DNA from: Candidatus Pacearchaeota archaeon
Lineage (GTDB): Archaea > Nanobdellota > Nanobdellia > Pacearchaeales > GW2011-AR1
Reading direction: 5' to 3'
Assembly (NCBI GenBank): GCA_009694725.1
Contig: SICV01000001.1
Location: 1-63,218 of the forward strand
DNA: 63,218 bases
Every line of letters starts with the position of its first letter. Positions within the stretch are counted from its first letter, which is position 1. Shown piece after piece: positions 25,930 to 35,485 of the stretch. The notes under the pieces were generated by a model. That model was not told the DNA's origin, searched no databases, and saw only the letters and a list, made by a program, of their open reading frames with translations. The position numbers and the translations under genes are program-made.

Positions 25930-26613
25930 ATGAGTTTTCACCATTTTCTGAAAGAGCTACGCGGAAAGCGTATTGAAGGGGAGTTGTTGCACACAATGGG
26001 CCTTTCCATTTTAATCTCAGTATGTACGTTAAGCATTTTGTATGTTCTTCGTCTTCGAGACATTTCACATTTTATAGATGCGTATGGTTTATTTCTTGGC
26101 TTGAGTTGTGTGAGTTATGCCCTGATCTTATCCTTGTTGCGTCAAGTACGTGCCTATCCCGCTCTGCCCTGTATGAGTGGGATGATGGTGGGTATGGGAA
26201 CGGGTATGCTTGCTGGTTTCTTACCTGGATTTTATGTTGCAGGAACGAATGGCATGTTTGTGGGCAGTGTGTTTGGGTGCGCGGTGGGAATGATACTGGG
26301 CGTGTGGAGTGGAAAATGCTGTGGCGTTATGGGTGTGCTTGAAGGATTGATGGCAGGCTTTATGGGTGGATTGATGGGGGGAATGACTGCATTTATGTTA
26401 TTCAACGATCATCTTGCGCTCGCAGGGATACTTGTCCTTTTTGTGTGGCTGGTGATTGGTGTTGGATTGAAATATATGGTGTATCTTGAAACAAAGGATG
26501 CAGAACGCGCGCATCATGAAGATCATCTGCTCACGATTGTGCTGACGTTTGTCCTTGTAACGGTTACTACCTGGGTAATGGTGTATGGTCCCCGCTCTGC
26601 AGTCTTTGGGTAA
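25930..26613 (+). CDS. Met/Gly/Cys-rich multi-pass membrane protein
   Basis: CMSGMMVGM, CCGVMGVLEGLMAGFMGGLMGGM; ~6 TMs; lies in the copper cluster. Confidence 0.8.
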   Translation: MSFHHFLKELRGKRIEGELLHTMGLSILISVCTLSILYVLRLRDISHFIDAYGLFLGLSCVSYALILSLLRQVRAYPALPCMSGMMVGMGTGMLAGFLPGFYVAGTNGMFVGSVFGCAVGMILGVWSGKCCGVMGVLEGLMAGFMGGLMGGMTAFMLFNDHLALAGILVLFVWLVIGVGLKYMVYLETKDAERAHHEDHLLTIVLTFVLVTVTTWVMVYGPRSAVFG

Positions 26614-26651
26614 TCCATAACACTTAAAAAGTGAGCAGGAGTTGAAACGAT

Positions 26652-27029
26652 ATGGAATTCAGGAAAACAACGTTATTTATTTTGGGTATTATTATCTTAG
26701 GGGTGCTTGGTTTCTTTTTCTTTGGTTCATCCCCTTCTTCGAATGGAAATGTGGTAGTTGGTAATGAAGATGCCCAACAAGTAACGTTGGGTTTCAAAGA
26801 TGGCAATTATTATCCTCAGACCATTACCGTGCAAGCGGGCACACCTGTTGAACTCACGATAGATGGTAGCGTTACAGGTTGTTTTCGCTCATTTAATGTA
26901 AAAGCTTTGAACATACAAGAATATTCAAAGGACCCTTCAGAGCCTGTTCGATTTACCCCTACTAAACCTGGCACCTATCGATTCGTCTGTGGTATGGGTA
27001 TGGGCTCTGGCATTCTCCTTGTGAAATAA
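26652..27029 (+). CDS. Membrane-anchored cupredoxin domain protein
   Basis: YYPQTITVQAGTPV, GC, FTPTKPGTYRFVCGMGM. Confidence 0.88.
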   Translation: MEFRKTTLFILGIIILGVLGFFFFGSSPSSNGNVVVGNEDAQQVTLGFKDGNYYPQTITVQAGTPVELTIDGSVTGCFRSFNVKALNIQEYSKDPSEPVRFTPTKPGTYRFVCGMGMGSGILLVK

Positions 27030-27701
27030 ATGGGTTATCTTCATCATAAAGAACGTGCATCTCTTCGCATTCATTGTACCCTGTGTAACCGAGATTTTCA
27101 AGATGCCGGAGGATTAGCGATGCATACTGCTGCGAAACATGGGTCCTCAAAACAAACTGAAGAAACTAAAACCCCTCATTTCAAAACGATTCGTAATTGG
27201 GGAATAGGTCTTGGGGCCCTTTTACTTCTCGGCTGGCTTTTTGCCTCACTGATCCCCAATTATACCGTTCCTGACTTAAACGTCGCCCTTGATGAGCTCG
27301 ATGTTAGTTCTATACCTCCTGGTGCTGTGCATTGGCATCCTCGTCTCACAATTATAATTAATGATACATCAGTGCCTCTGCTTGAAAATTTAGGACATAC
27401 ACAAGGGAAAAAAATTGACACCTACTTGAGCGGAATGGGAATGGCCCCTTTGCATACACATACAGAAAAAGATGGCACCATTCATCTTGAAAATAATAAT
27501 CCACGTTCGAGGCCTGAAACTGTAACGTTGGGATACTTCTTTTATGTGTGGGATGTGCCCTTTAATGCCACCTGCATCTTTGAGTATTGTACGGATAAAG
27601 GGAATTTGACCTTGGCGGTAAATGATAAAGAGAATCTATTATTTCAGAATTATGTCATGAATGATAAGGATACTATCACTATTCGATATACTCCATTTTA
27701 G
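27030..27701 (+). CDS. C2H2 Zn-finger + TM + His-rich extracellular domain protein
   Basis: CTLC...HTAAKH; TM; HWH, HTH and IHLE motifs. Confidence 0.75.
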   Translation: MGYLHHKERASLRIHCTLCNRDFQDAGGLAMHTAAKHGSSKQTEETKTPHFKTIRNWGIGLGALLLLGWLFASLIPNYTVPDLNVALDELDVSSIPPGAVHWHPRLTIIINDTSVPLLENLGHTQGKKIDTYLSGMGMAPLHTHTEKDGTIHLENNNPRSRPETVTLGYFFYVWDVPFNATCIFEYCTDKGNLTLAVNDKENLLFQNYVMNDKDTITIRYTPF

Positions 27702-27724
27702 AGATTCAAACACAATGTTTAAAT

Positions 27725-27753
27725 AGTCATATGATAATTATAATCATATGACT
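27725..27753. promoter_or_regulatory. Perfect 11-7-11 palindrome, probable ArsR/SmtB operator
   Basis: AGTCATATGAT-AATTATA-ATCATATGACT, lying just after TATA (TTTAAATA 27718-27725) and overlapping the ArsR start codon. Confidence 0.8.
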
Positions 27754-28095
27754 TCTAAACACATACATCATCATGAGAGATACACTCAGGAAGAACTTGC
27801 ACAGGCATGTAGTTTATTTTTTGGGACGTTAGTATCTGAACAACGACTGGCAATTATCGCTCTTTTGCGTATAAAGGAGAGAAATGTCAGTGAATTAATG
27901 TCTGTACTTAAGACTGAACAAACCGCCTTATCCCATGACCTTGCTCGTTTGCGTCGTTGTGGGTTTGTGACTGTAACGAAAGAGGGAAAATACCGCGTAT
28001 ATCATCTTGCTGAAGATATTCGGGCACTGATGCATCTGATTGATACCCATATGAGGCAGCATTGTGTGCATATTGTGAGAGGAGAGAGAAAATGA
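27748..28095 (+). CDS. ArsR/SmtB-family metal-responsive repressor
   Basis: RLAIIALL, NVSEL, QTALSHDLARLRRCGFV..KEGKYRVY; N-terminal HIHHH. Confidence 0.9.
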   Translation: MTSKHIHHHERYTQEELAQACSLFFGTLVSEQRLAIIALLRIKERNVSELMSVLKTEQTALSHDLARLRRCGFVTVTKEGKYRVYHLAEDIRALMHLIDTHMRQHCVHIVRGERK

Positions 28096-29621
28096 AACAG
28101 GCGTATATCTTCTTCCTTGCAGCGAGTATGTTTCTTATTGCAGGGATCAGCATTTTTGTAACCTTTTCTTCTCCTGGACACCTAGATTCTGCTGTGGGTC
28201 AAACGCTTCTAGTTACCCCTCCATCACTAAACCTATCTCGTGTTTCCGAATCTGCAACGCTTACTTCTGAACCCTATGCTTTAACAATTCTCCCGGTGAC
28301 TCAACACATTGGAAATCGTTCTCTTCCTTCCTGGGGATATAATGGTCAAATACCCGGGCCACTTCTCACCGTATGGAAAGGTTCGAATCATACAATTGTC
28401 GTTACAAATACGATGCCCTACGAAACAACCGTGCATTGGCATGGGCTTCGGTTAGAAAATCAATTTGATGGAGTTCCAGATGTAACGCAAAAACCGATTG
28501 GCCCGAATGAAACGTTTACCTATCAGCTTACCTTTCCTGATGCCGGTATCTTCTGGTATCATCCCCATATACGAGAAGACTATCAGCAAGAAGCAGGACT
28601 CTATGGGATGATTCATGTTATTGATGAAACTTCTCCACATTATTACCCGGTTGTACTTGATGATATTGCACTCGATGCGAACGGGACTGTTCCGTTTTAT
28701 GAAGAAGTTATCACCCATGCAGTGATGGGGCGTTATGGGAATCAGTATGTGATTAATGGGCGAGAAGCGTATATATTGAACGTGACTGATTCGAAGCCGA
28801 TATATCTTGCTTTTCTCAACGTGGCAAATGTGCGACCCTTTCGTATTACAATTCCTGGGGCGAAGATGACCCACATTGAAGGAGATCTAGGATCCTTGGA
28901 ACATGAACAAGTCATTGATTCATTTGTTCTTGCGCCTGCTGAACGAGTTGTTGTGCGTGTAGAGTTTCCTGCTGCAGGCACGTATACTTTGTATAATGAT
29001 AACCCTCTGAAGCAGACAGCACTGGGGACATTGGTTGTTACGAACCCCACACAACTCTCACCCAACGAGGAACGTACAACTTCTGGACTCTCGGCACTTG
29101 TTCAACCCTATCGTTCAAGCCCTCCAAATCATACACTCAACTTAGGATTAGACCTTCCGAATATGGGGCATATGGGGGCGATGCATGTAGAAGATCGTAT
29201 TGAATGGGAAGATACGATGCCGATGATGGCAAGTATTACGAATGAAAGTGTGCGTTGGACAATTACTGATGCTGTAACTAAGAAACAGAATATGGCTCTC
29301 CAGTATCTCTGGCCCTTAGGAAGTTATCAGAAAATAAGACTCGTTAACAGTTTAGAAAGTCCTCACCCTATGCAACACCCTATTCATTTCCATGGACAAC
29401 GATTTTTAGTGTTATCTACGAATGGTATTCCTACCAATAGCCTTGGCTGGAAAGATACAGTGCTGGTTGGTATGGGCGATACCGTTGATATCCTCTTAGA
29501 AGTGAGTAATCCTGGAGAATGGATGATTCATTGTCATATTGCTGAACACTTACAAAGTGGAATGATGAGCTCGTTTATTGCAGGCGATATCCCTGCAGGA
29601 AAAAATACCCATGCGAATTAA
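28092..29621 (+). CDS. Multicopper oxidase (three-domain, CueO/laccase-like)
   Basis: All four Cu motifs: HWHG, WYHPH, HPIHFHG, HCHIAEHLQSGM; N-terminal TM; ATGA overlap at 28092. Confidence 0.95.
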   Translation: MKQAYIFFLAASMFLIAGISIFVTFSSPGHLDSAVGQTLLVTPPSLNLSRVSESATLTSEPYALTILPVTQHIGNRSLPSWGYNGQIPGPLLTVWKGSNHTIVVTNTMPYETTVHWHGLRLENQFDGVPDVTQKPIGPNETFTYQLTFPDAGIFWYHPHIREDYQQEAGLYGMIHVIDETSPHYYPVVLDDIALDANGTVPFYEEVITHAVMGRYGNQYVINGREAYILNVTDSKPIYLAFLNVANVRPFRITIPGAKMTHIEGDLGSLEHEQVIDSFVLAPAERVVVRVEFPAAGTYTLYNDNPLKQTALGTLVVTNPTQLSPNEERTTSGLSALVQPYRSSPPNHTLNLGLDLPNMGHMGAMHVEDRIEWEDTMPMMASITNESVRWTITDAVTKKQNMALQYLWPLGSYQKIRLVNSLESPHPMQHPIHFHGQRFLVLSTNGIPTNSLGWKDTVLVGMGDTVDILLEVSNPGEWMIHCHIAEHLQSGMMSSFIAGDIPAGKNTHAN

Positions 29622-29639
29622 ATTACAAAGGAGATTTTC

Positions 29640-29852
29640 ATGAAAATAATAAAAGTGACTATCAAAGGAATGCATTGTGCCTCGTGTGGGAGTAATGTTG
29701 AGAAAGCTGTATCGAAACTAAAAGGGGTGCGCTCGGTGAAAGTAAGCGTGCTTCTCAATAAAGCAACTATTGAAGCTGAAGATACCGTTACTCATGCACA
29801 GATTGCAGGGGCTGTTGCTTCTGCAGGATATACAATCGCGGAGGGGACATAA
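29640..29852 (+). CDS. copZ: Heavy-metal-associated copper chaperone
   Basis: GMHCASC HMA motif, 70 aa. Confidence 0.9.
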   Translation: MKIIKVTIKGMHCASCGSNVEKAVSKLKGVRSVKVSVLLNKATIEAEDTVTHAQIAGAVASAGYTIAEGT

Positions 29853-31834
29853 TGAAACACGATCACCTCACACCTCCTGAGGAGCGCGAACAAGTCGAAG
29901 ATCTCGAACTGAAGAGTTGGAAACGTAAACTCATATTTGCCTGGGTATTCACGCTTCCCATTGCTCTCTTGATGATAGAAGAACGTATCTTGGGGTATGA
30001 TATGTTCATGGACGCATTTGAACTTGCGCGTGGAATGGAGATCGCGATTTTAGTGCTCGCGTTTCCTGTTCTTTTTTATGTAGGGTGGGACACCATGCGT
30101 GGAGGATTACGAGGCTTGTTTACTGGTTATTTCTCGATGGATAGTTTGATTGCATTGGGTACTCTTGTGGCATACCTTACAGGTATTGGTGCACTCTTTT
30201 TCGCCTCCTTGACTGATTATGCAGGTATTTCTGCCATGATTATGGCTATATTCATTACGGGGAAATATGTTGAAGCGCGGGCTAAAGGAACTGCAACACA
30301 AGAAATTCGGAAACTGCTTGCATTAGGAGCTAAAGAGGCACGCGTCCTTCGCCAAGGAAAAGAGTACCTTGTTCCTCTTGCGGAGATTACAGTCGGAGAC
30401 ACGCTTCTTGTTAAACCGGGTGAAAAAATCCCGCTTGATGGGATGGTGATAAAAGGAGAAAGTAGCGTTGATGAAAGTATGGTCACCGGAGAAAGCATGC
30501 CTCGAGAAAAACGTAAAGGTGATTTAGTTATTGGAGCAACGATTAATCAAGACGGTGTACTGTACCTCCGCGTTACGAAAATTGGAGAAGATACCTTCTT
30601 AGCACATATTGTGCAACTGGTTGAAGAAACGCAAAGCAGTAAAATTCCGATTCAGGCACTTGCAGATAAAATAACGAGTATTTTTGTGCCCGTTATTCTT
30701 ATTGTTTCTCTGCTTACCTTTGGAGGATGGTGGTATTTTGGTGAAGACGTTGGGCGTGCTCTTGGCAATGCTATTGCCGTCTTGGTTATTGCATGTCCCT
30801 GTTCCCTTGGTTTGGCAGTTCCCATTGCTCTTATGGTGGGATCAGGTATGGGTGCTCGAAAAGGAATTTTGATTCGCAGAGGAGAAGCAATACAAACGAT
30901 GAAAGAAATTACCATCGTTGCATTTGATAAAACGGGAACGCTGACAACGGGAAAACCGGTTGTTACTGATATCCAGAGTACGGGCAGTGAACACCTTCTA
31001 TTGCAGATTGCTGCTTCACTTGAATCATTGAGTGAACATCCCCTCGCACATGCAGTCCTTGCAAAAGCTCATGCGCAGAAACTTACATTACTTTCTGTTA
31101 AAAACTTTAAAGCGATTCGAGGAAAGGGCATAATCGGTTCTGTTAAGGGAGTACCTGCACTTATTGGAACAAAGCGACTTTGTATTGAACGGGGCATTTC
31201 GTTAGGTACCTGGGAATCACCCATCAATACTCTTGAATCAACAGGTAAAACAGTACTTATTGTTGTACAACGAAAAAAAGTTATGGGCATTATTGCAGTT
31301 GCAGATACGGTACGGGGAGATACACGCCAGGCACTTGCAGACCTTCAAGCAGTAGGATATCGTACCGTGATGATTACGGGAGACAATATACGAACAGGAG
31401 AAGCGATTGCTCGATACGCAGGTATTACTGAAGTTATTGCTGAAGTACTCCCTGAAGATAAAGCGAGACACATCAAAAAACTACAGGAAAAAGGAATGGT
31501 TGCCTTTGTAGGGGATGGGATCAACGATGCTCCTGCGATGAAACAAGCGAATGTGAGTATTGCCATGGGGACAGGTACGGATATTGCGATAGAATCAGGA
31601 GATATCGTCTTAGTGCAAGGAAACATGCAGGGAGTTGTACAGGCGATCGCCTTAAGTAAAGCAACATTCCGTAAAATTAAGCAAAACTTGTTCTGGGCAT
31701 TTGCGTATAATGTCGTTGCTATTCCTCTTGCCATTGCAGGAGTTCTGCACCCTGTTGTTGCTGAGATTGCAATGGCTTTATCTTCGATTACTGTTGTGGT
31801 GAATGCAAATCTACTACGACATACAAAAATCTAG
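29852..31834 (+). CDS. copA: Cu(I)-translocating P1B-type ATPase (no N-terminal HMA domain)
   Basis: TGES, CPC, DKTGT, SEHP, GDGIND, YN, MALSS. Confidence 0.95.
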   Translation: MKHDHLTPPEEREQVEDLELKSWKRKLIFAWVFTLPIALLMIEERILGYDMFMDAFELARGMEIAILVLAFPVLFYVGWDTMRGGLRGLFTGYFSMDSLIALGTLVAYLTGIGALFFASLTDYAGISAMIMAIFITGKYVEARAKGTATQEIRKLLALGAKEARVLRQGKEYLVPLAEITVGDTLLVKPGEKIPLDGMVIKGESSVDESMVTGESMPREKRKGDLVIGATINQDGVLYLRVTKIGEDTFLAHIVQLVEETQSSKIPIQALADKITSIFVPVILIVSLLTFGGWWYFGEDVGRALGNAIAVLVIACPCSLGLAVPIALMVGSGMGARKGILIRRGEAIQTMKEITIVAFDKTGTLTTGKPVVTDIQSTGSEHLLLQIAASLESLSEHPLAHAVLAKAHAQKLTLLSVKNFKAIRGKGIIGSVKGVPALIGTKRLCIERGISLGTWESPINTLESTGKTVLIVVQRKKVMGIIAVADTVRGDTRQALADLQAVGYRTVMITGDNIRTGEAIARYAGITEVIAEVLPEDKARHIKKLQEKGMVAFVGDGINDAPAMKQANVSIAMGTGTDIAIESGDIVLVQGNMQGVVQAIALSKATFRKIKQNLFWAFAYNVVAIPLAIAGVLHPVVAEIAMALSSITVVVNANLLRHTKI

Positions 31835-31837
31835 AGG

Positions 31838-32344
31838 TTATCTTCCTTTGAGTTTACCAGATACTGCTAACGATTCAGCCATTGTTTCTCGCATTCTTCC
31901 AAGCTCAAGACCATAGACGCTAAAATGAGTTTGATCCCTAAAGAGTCCAGTTTGAATTGCACCGATCCTCCATAATGCTCGAATACCTCGATCTTCTAAG
32001 AGTCCACGCTCTCTTCCAACACGTAATCGATAGTGCTCGGGTGCATTGGCCGGTTCCCAATTGAGATCTCCCCAACAATGCGTGAGTGTTTGTAGAAATT
32101 CCCAATTGGTAACGGGAGGTTGTTGTACTGCAAAAGCAGTCTCTTCAGGAAGATCAAGTGTCTGCGCAAGATACCCTAATGATTTTCGAGCGTCTTGAAA
32201 ATAGTTTTGATCTGTTTTTTGGGGGCTCTCTCGGAGAGGGGCAAATCCAGCATAGATTATTTTGAGAGCATCAGCACTTGCAGTATAGAGGCGTGCAGAA
32301 GGCAAAAAACCAAGTTCTCTCAGTTCAGAACGAAGAGTAATCAT
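31838..32344 (-). CDS. Hypothetical protein
   Basis: 168-aa ORF with TATA upstream. Confidence 0.6.
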   Translation of the reverse strand: MITLRSELRELGFLPSARLYTASADALKIIYAGFAPLRESPQKTDQNYFQDARKSLGYLAQTLDLPEETAFAVQQPPVTNWEFLQTLTHCWGDLNWEPANAPEHYRLRVGRERGLLEDRGIRALWRIGAIQTGLFRDQTHFSVYGLELGRMRETMAESLAVSGKLKGR

Positions 32345-32455
32345 ATACTTATTTGCTTTTTCTCTTTTAAATGGATTGTGGGAGTGAATAAAGCGGTGTT
32401 TCGTTACTACTTTTAGTTAAGAGTTATTCATATCTCGAAGGCAAGGTTAGGGCTC

Positions 32456-33673
32456 TCATTCATATCTGAGTGCATCGACTGTATTCAAGCGGCTTGCACG
32501 ATAGGCAGGGAGAGCTCCGGCGAGGGCACCGATGAGAATGGCGAATCCTGCACAGTTCAAGAAGAGATAGAGAGGGAATGCTGCTTGGACTAAGGAGATA
32601 GCCAAGATGTTTGCTGCAACATATTCGATTGTATAGGCAAGTGAAGCACCCATAAGAATGCCTGCACTACCTCCTATTAATCCTAATATGCCTGCTTCGA
32701 TAATAAAGAGGCTTAGAATTTCACTATTTTGGGCGCCGAGGGCTTTCATCGTGCCAATTTCTTTAGTGCGTTCGAGTACCGAGGTGTACATAGTGTTGGC
32801 AATCCCGATTGCTCCGACGAGTACGGAAATGGTTGCAATGGCGACGAGAAATACCGTTAATACGCCCAACACATCCCCAAACGTGCCGAGGAGTTCTTCA
32901 GGAGTAAGGATTGAAAAGTCTTGTGTTTTTTCAGTTACATCACGCGAAGAACGAAGTCTCCGTTCAACGCGCTCTGCGACTTCTTTGATGGTTGCCAGGT
33001 CTTCTACTTGGACAATAAACTCATCGTAGGTTCCATCGTCTCCAAAAAGAAATTTAAATTCATCGAGCGGCATGAGGATAATCCGATCGTCTTGTGGGTT
33101 CCCTTGCGTTTCAGTAATCCCTCGCACTTTAAACTCCTGATTATTGATAGTAAATGTATCGCCTAGTTTGACTGGTTTACTGAAGACAGCATTATGTTTA
33201 TATTGCGCCCCGATAACGATATCGGTAGTGTCTCCTTCTTTGAGTTCTCGTCCTTCTTCCGTTTTGAATGCACCGTTTTCACTAAATATCTGTGCACGTT
33301 CTTTTTCGAGTGGGAAACCAATGACGGGGAAAAAACGTACTTCTTTATTAAACTCTATTTTTGCGTTTGTTGCTTTGAAAAAGGACAGTCCCTTGACACC
33401 TGAGACTTTTTCTATCGTTTGAATGTCTACATCGGTCAATGATGCCGCTGAGTCGGTGCCTGGACCAGCCACTTGTCCTTTCGGGAAGATGAAGAATTTG
33501 TCAGTGCCTAATTTACGAAATTGTTCTTCAACACCTGCTTGTAAGCCTAACGAGATCGATACGAGCACGAAGATCGTTGCAACTGCAAGCGTGATGCCAA
33601 CAACCGTCAGCGCTGAACGTACTTTGCGTTTCCAGAGATTCCGTGCTGCAAGGGAGATGAATTGAGATTTCAT
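32456..33673 (-). CDS. MacB/FtsX-family ABC transporter permease
   Basis: RSALTVVGI, GIANTMYTSVLERTKEIGTMKALGA, ALRYE; start 33673 from ATGA overlap. Confidence 0.93.
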   Translation of the reverse strand: MKSQFISLAARNLWKRKVRSALTVVGITLAVATIFVLVSISLGLQAGVEEQFRKLGTDKFFIFPKGQVAGPGTDSAASLTDVDIQTIEKVSGVKGLSFFKATNAKIEFNKEVRFFPVIGFPLEKERAQIFSENGAFKTEEGRELKEGDTTDIVIGAQYKHNAVFSKPVKLGDTFTINNQEFKVRGITETQGNPQDDRIILMPLDEFKFLFGDDGTYDEFIVQVEDLATIKEVAERVERRLRSSRDVTEKTQDFSILTPEELLGTFGDVLGVLTVFLVAIATISVLVGAIGIANTMYTSVLERTKEIGTMKALGAQNSEILSLFIIEAGILGLIGGSAGILMGASLAYTIEYVAANILAISLVQAAFPLYLFLNCAGFAILIGALAGALPAYRASRLNTVDALRYE

Positions 33674-34050
33674 AGATATTTTCTCCATATTTTAGGCACA
33701 TCTCGGCGAAGATTACGAACGTCGTACCAGAGTATTCCCGTTATCCAATCGGAGAGAGAGGGATCTTGAGGTGCGAGCGCGATTGCACTAAGCTCTCGCA
33801 GTCCTGCCCATCCTTTTGCAAGAGGATTGTGATTTACGACTGCGCTTGTCCAAGAACAAGAAACAAGTCCACAGATACGCACTTTATTTCTGGTCACTGC
33901 ATAGCGTGTCGCTTTTCGTTCGAACTGATGCAACGCATCACAATGGGCTTTTTCATGTTCATACAAAGCAGTACTATGATGTTCCTGAAGATAGGTAAGG
34001 AACTCTATTTCCTCATTGAATCTTCTTGTTCCTGTGATCCAGTTAATCAT
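33670..34050 (-). CDS. Small HExxH protein (putative zinc metallopeptidase-like)
   Basis: YEHEKAH; IALAP...SD; ATGA overlaps with both flanking permease genes. Confidence 0.6.
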   Translation of the reverse strand: MINWITGTRRFNEEIEFLTYLQEHHSTALYEHEKAHCDALHQFERKATRYAVTRNKVRICGLVSCSWTSAVVNHNPLAKGWAGLRELSAIALAPQDPSLSDWITGILWYDVRNLRRDVPKIWRKYL

Positions 34051-35258
34051 GATCGCAGTGCCTCCACGGTATTGAGTTTAGAAGCTTGAATGGCTGGAAT
34101 GGTGCCTGCGATGAGGCCAAGAATAAGAGCAAAGAGAATGGCAATAGTTATCAAGGGATAGGAGACGGTAACTGCAAGAGTGATGCCGCCGAGGGCTTTA
34201 GATGCGATACCTGAGACAGCAAAGGCAAGCGCGAGACCAAGGAGTGCCCCGCCCATACCCCCGATAAGCCCTAAGAGCGCTGATTCGGTTATAAAGACTT
34301 TGAGAATATCCCTATTATGTGCGCCAAGAGCCTTCATGGTGCCAATTTCTTTTGTTCGTTCAAGGACCGATGTATACATTGTGTTTGCAATCCCTACTCC
34401 CCCCACAATAAGAGAAATTGCAGCTATACCTGCAATAACCGCATTGATACCAATCAGAATAGTGTTAATTGCAGATAATGCTTGTAAAGGAGATTCAACA
34501 GAAAATGTTTCTGCTCCTTCCTTTTCATGTCTATCTTTTCTTAGTGCTCGTTTGATTGCTTCAGCAACAGTATCAACTTGTGCAAGATCGGTAACTTGTG
34601 CAACAATAAAATCAATCTCATTTTCTATGTTGAATATCTTTTTGAGGTCTTCTTCAGCCATAAAAATCGCCGTATTGAATTGGAAAGATCCTGTTTCTTT
34701 GAGGATACCACTAATTTCAAACGATTTTCCTTGTATGGTAACAGATGTACCTACTTTTAGCGGTTTACCATACGTGTTTTCTTTAAACCCTGACCCTATG
34801 ACTATTTTGCCACGTTCATCTACAGTTGGCAATCTTCCTTCTTCTGCTTCAAGTTTAAATGAATCAACAAAATACGTAAAATCTTCCTTTTTGGAAGGGA
34901 AAGAGGAAAGAAACTCAAACCCCGCTACTTTGTTAAAGTCCATACGTGCAACACGCACATATCTACTGAGTACTCGCGTTATTCCTGAAATTTCTTCTAC
35001 TACTTTTTTATCATGTTCGGTGAGTTTTGCGATACTCCCTGCTCCTGGAGGGCCAAATGCGTCCCCAGCATTTTGGATAAGGAGTCTATCTGCAGAAAGT
35101 GTCGCGAATTGTCCGGTAATTGCATTTTGAAGCCCATTGCCGAGTGAGATAAGTGCTACGACAGCAGCAATACCAATAAAGATACCTAACAGAGTAAGAA
35201 ATGAACGGAGCCCTCGATGAGTAAGGTTACTGATTGCGAGACGAAGATATTGATACAT
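34047..35258 (-). CDS. MacB/FtsX-family ABC transporter permease (second paralogue)
   Basis: RSFLTLLGIFIGIAAVV, SVLERTKEIGTMKALGA; start moved to MYQYL. Confidence 0.93.
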   Translation of the reverse strand: MYQYLRLAISNLTHRGLRSFLTLLGIFIGIAAVVALISLGNGLQNAITGQFATLSADRLLIQNAGDAFGPPGAGSIAKLTEHDKKVVEEISGITRVLSRYVRVARMDFNKVAGFEFLSSFPSKKEDFTYFVDSFKLEAEEGRLPTVDERGKIVIGSGFKENTYGKPLKVGTSVTIQGKSFEISGILKETGSFQFNTAIFMAEEDLKKIFNIENEIDFIVAQVTDLAQVDTVAEAIKRALRKDRHEKEGAETFSVESPLQALSAINTILIGINAVIAGIAAISLIVGGVGIANTMYTSVLERTKEIGTMKALGAHNRDILKVFITESALLGLIGGMGGALLGLALAFAVSGIASKALGGITLAVTVSYPLITIAILFALILGLIAGTIPAIQASKLNTVEALRS

Positions 35259-35484
35259 AAGCTTCTCCTTTTTGTAACGATTTTTCCTCAATTTTAGGAG
35301 GAGCATAATACTCTTTGACTACCATAGTAACTCGATAGAGCCCATAGAGTATGCTTCCGATAATAATGCCGCTTACGATTAATTTTTCGAGTTCAGACCG
35401 TTTGTTCACTCTTTCTTCAAGATTTTTAAGTGAAGCAAACCACTCTTTTTTTTTACTTCTTTCTTCATGTGACTGACCAGACAT
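35227..35484 (-). CDS. Small single-TM hypothetical protein
   Basis: MSGQSHEER...; starts 1 nt after the upstream stop. Confidence 0.5.
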   Translation of the reverse strand: MSGQSHEERSKKKEWFASLKNLEERVNKRSELEKLIVSGIIIGSILYGLYRVTMVVKEYYAPPKIEEKSLQKGEAYVSISSSRNQ

Positions 35485-35485
35485 A

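Noticed and set aside
29640..29860. Frameshifted single CopA gene
   Set aside because: copZ ends with a clean TAATG stop-start overlap, typical of translational coupling of two genes.
34180..35130. 316-aa antisense ORF and the many other nested or antisense ORFs in the track
   Set aside because: They mirror well-supported genes on the other strand or frame and have no motifs or promoters.
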